NCBI RefSeq assembly: GCF_009834535.1
Contig: NC_045696.1
Span: 79,548,001 to 79,612,000, forward strand
Source of the DNA: Camelus ferus
Taxonomy: Eukaryota
Length of the DNA stretch: 64,000 bases
Reading direction: 5' to 3'
Positions 61,329 to 64,000 of this stretch are shown piece after piece. The notes beneath the pieces are model-generated. The model made no database searches. It was not told the origin of the DNA and saw only the letters and a list, made by a program, of their open reading frames with translations. A program made the position numbers and the translations under genes. Position 1 is the first letter of the stretch; every line of letters starts with the position of its first letter.

Positions 61329-62050
61329 CTTTCTCTCTAAGCCCCGTTTGCACCTGATCTGCAACCATAAATATTTCGTGATGCTTAGTGTGCAGCCAAA
61401 CGATGGCCGAATGTTAAACAATTCTTCACTCTCCCTCCCCTTTTTAAAAAACAGGTTTAAAAGAATGTTAATACTGTTCTCATTATCCATCGACTCCAAA
61501 ACATTCCGCTTTGTTGGGAAGAGAGACGAAAACCAAGCGCTTGGGCAAGCGTATATGTATTTATATATTACGCGGTAGGAATATAAACATATATGCGTTT
61601 TCTGCATATAAATCCAAAAAAGAAAAGCGCCACAGATGCCTTTGAAAGCGGGAGGGGACAGGAAAAGAAAAACTTGGCAAGCCAAATGTATCCAAAGATT
61701 TCATGCCAGGAGCCACCTGCTTCAATATGCAGAATTCCCGAGAAGATACAGAGGGAGAAGGAAAAAAAATTAAAAAATAAAATACCCCAAACACACACTT
61801 GAAACTGGAAGACGCCTAAGATGCGTGGAAATGGAGAGGATGAGAGCTCCCGAAGGTACAGATCCGTCAGCTAAGTGAGCAATCGCCTCCGAAAATCACA
61901 GGCGGGGAGGTGGCTGTAGATACGTCCCCTGCTCCGGTCCCCGCCGCCGCCGCCGCTGCTACCTGTAGACACGCGCGCACACACGCGCACACACGCGCGC
62001 ACACACACAGCACAATCTCCTCTCCCTCTCCCACGTCTCTCCGTGGCATT
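61329..62050 (-). other. Probable first, non-coding exon of an unidentified minus-strand gene (start site approximate)
   Basis: Strong donor GAAAG|gtaagg at 61329; (GGC)5 tract and TG/CG repeat near the 5' end; adjacent CpG island; no credible CDS. Confidence 0.55.
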
Positions 62051-62490
62051 GCCGGCTGCAGGAGTCTGAATCAAGCTAGATTCATCCACCCGACCCTATC
62101 CTGCCCCCTCAGAGGCACGATTGCCTCCCTTGCCACCCTCTCTTCGCAGGGTTTATTGCACAGCATTCCTTCTCAGGCAAGCCCCCTCCTCCGGGCCAGA
62201 GAAGTGCAGTAGGGGTGGGCTTCGGGGACGCGGATCCAGCGGTGGCAGACGTGATGTTGATGTTGGTCCCTCCCTTTACAAGTTCCGCCCTCCTCCCACC
62301 CTCCTCCCGCCGGACCAAGCATCCTTCTCCCGCAGCGCCCGCAGCGCCCGCGGCGGCAGGAGGGGTTAAGGGCCCCGGGCGTCACGTGTGACGTTCACCA
62401 AACCACTCTGAGGAGCGTGTGAGTGAACCCGCACGGCCGCTGAGCCATGAGGCCTCGGACGCAATGAGTTTCTCTGTTCTCGGCGTCATT
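61850..62490. promoter_or_regulatory. CpG island, distal lobe / core promoter
   Basis: High CpG density; GC boxes ('ccgccc', 'cctcccgcc'); composite E-box/CRE element cgtcacgtgtgacg at 62380-62393. Confidence 0.85.
61969..62009. repeat. 41-nt perfectly alternating purine-pyrimidine (CA/CG) tract
   Basis: 'acacgcgcgcacacacgcgcacacacgcgcgcacacacaca' read directly. Confidence 0.95.
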
Positions 62491-64000
62491 GTGCTCCCCT
62501 TGCAGGCGTTTTCATCTTGGTGACTGAGAGTGAGGAGTTGGAGGCTACAGCCTTCTACTGTGCCTCTTCAGTTTTTCTTCCCCCTTGATAGACCCCTTGC
62601 CACCAAACTCGCCCCTGTTTCCTGTTTCCACCAGCTAGAGGCAGAGTAAGCTCTGAATTGAAGTGTCGGTTGTAGTCTTGAATGTGGGAGCAGTATAAAT
62701 GCATCGCCCCTCTGGCCTCTTCCTGCTGGCTGCACCCACATCTGCTGCTGGATAGGTGATCTTTAAAAATTCATCATAGCTAATCAGTGTTGGCTTTTGT
62801 AATGGTTGTGACTCACTATACCACATTGTTTACACCTACCCACCTCTTACCAGCTTCTCTGTGTAGGTTTTAAATGCAAGTGAGTTGGGGGACAGGACCC
62901 TGCCAACAGAACTATTGAATTAATTGATTGCAACATGTAATGATAATAATAATAAAATTCACAAGTAGGAAATTGCTAGGAAAAATCAGTGACACTTGAT
63001 CTCAAAGTGTTTTTACTCATTTAAGAGCTTGCTTCATATTTCTCATTCACATGTATGCTTTAATCTGTAAAATTCATGTCAAAGAAAGGAACCTTAAAAT
63101 AACCAACACTTAGAATGCAATTGCCCTGAAGTGTCACTCATTAATTAATTAATAATAAGAAAGCTAAAGTTCCAGAATATGCGATCTGATTTCTAAAAAT
63201 AATCTTAAAGATGGCATATCATTCCTTCTATTTAAAAGGAATCCAGTACATTTTCCTGACATTAGTTTTAGAATTTAGTGTATTTTGCCATTTTCTCTCT
63301 CTCTCTCTTTTTTTAAGTAACCTTTAGGTAATGTGTTGAAGACATATTAGATTTCAATATTGCTCCCAGGAAAGTGAAATTTCATTCAACTAAAACATGA
63401 ATCTGATTCTTGGTGACAGGTCTACCATGTCCTGTTTGTCTAAATCCTAAATCCTGTGAAAGGCCTCTGGAATCTGGAGAGTTCTCTGGAATTTCCTAGG
63501 AAAGATGAGAAATAAATATCTATTCCAATATAATTGAAAGTACCTATCTGAATCCTTTCAACGTTCATGGGACTACATAGTTAAGGTAACCTGATTGAGG
63601 ATATCATTGTAACAACTGCAGAACCAAACTTAAAAAAGGAATAAGGATGATCTGATAAAGTTGTCCACTGTGATTTACAGAATGTAAACTTTTGTACACT
63701 CTCTTGTTTCCCAAGGCTGTGGGTGCCATATTCTAAATGCATTTGCTGAGGTTAGTATCAATTCTAAAAGTAATGACTGAACTTCTTTCATTTTTAATAT
63801 TTAGTATTTATAGTATGAGATTAATTTAAAATAACTTCTATTGCATTTTTTTCATTATTCTTTTCACAGCTATACTTTGTCAGCTGGGCACTATTTTCTC
63901 ATTTTTATGTTAGTCTCACAAAAAGCCCAAGTATTTTAACACAATAGAATTGTCACATAAACAGCATTTATAACAATCTGTAAATACAGGCAAATGAACC

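Noticed and set aside
1..64000. Naming the host gene or a miRNA/snoRNA
   Set aside because: No coding exon or known small-RNA sequence was recognisable; any symbol would be a guess.

Overview
This is AT-rich, repeat-dense eutherian mammalian genomic DNA. It is most likely from a camelid: it carries three tRNA-derived SINEs resembling Vic-1, and I saw no Alu, Bov-tA/BovB, PRE-1 or Can-SINE copies. I find no supportable protein-coding exon. The provided ORFs are L1 ORF2 remnants, microsatellite read-throughs, GC-rich shadow frames or chance frames. The window reads as the 5' end of a minus-strand gene that I cannot name. It has a bipartite CpG-island promoter at about 59.5-62.5 kb, a probable first exon ending at a strong donor at 61329, long introns full of L1, L2, MIR, MaLR, ERV and DNA-transposon fossils, and several candidate non-coding exons (46602-46635, 24485-24833, acceptor at 4032). 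The most unusual structures are: (1) a ~130-bp, ~88%-identical inverted duplication of apparently non-repetitive sequence (2145-2272 vs 3457-3585), with one arm embedded in a TG/TA/CA microsatellite; (2) two relatively young L1 copies that each carry an exact 23-27-bp insertion matching flanking DNA 1.2-2.2 kb away, each beside a short tandem duplication, consistent with local templated-insertion scars; (3) an intact sense-oriented ERV1-type solo LTR; and (4) a 55-codon small ORF with an optimal Kozak context in a CpG-retaining intronic block. Repeat family names come from remembered consensus sequences, and repeat boundaries are approximate unless target-site duplications (TSDs) are given.
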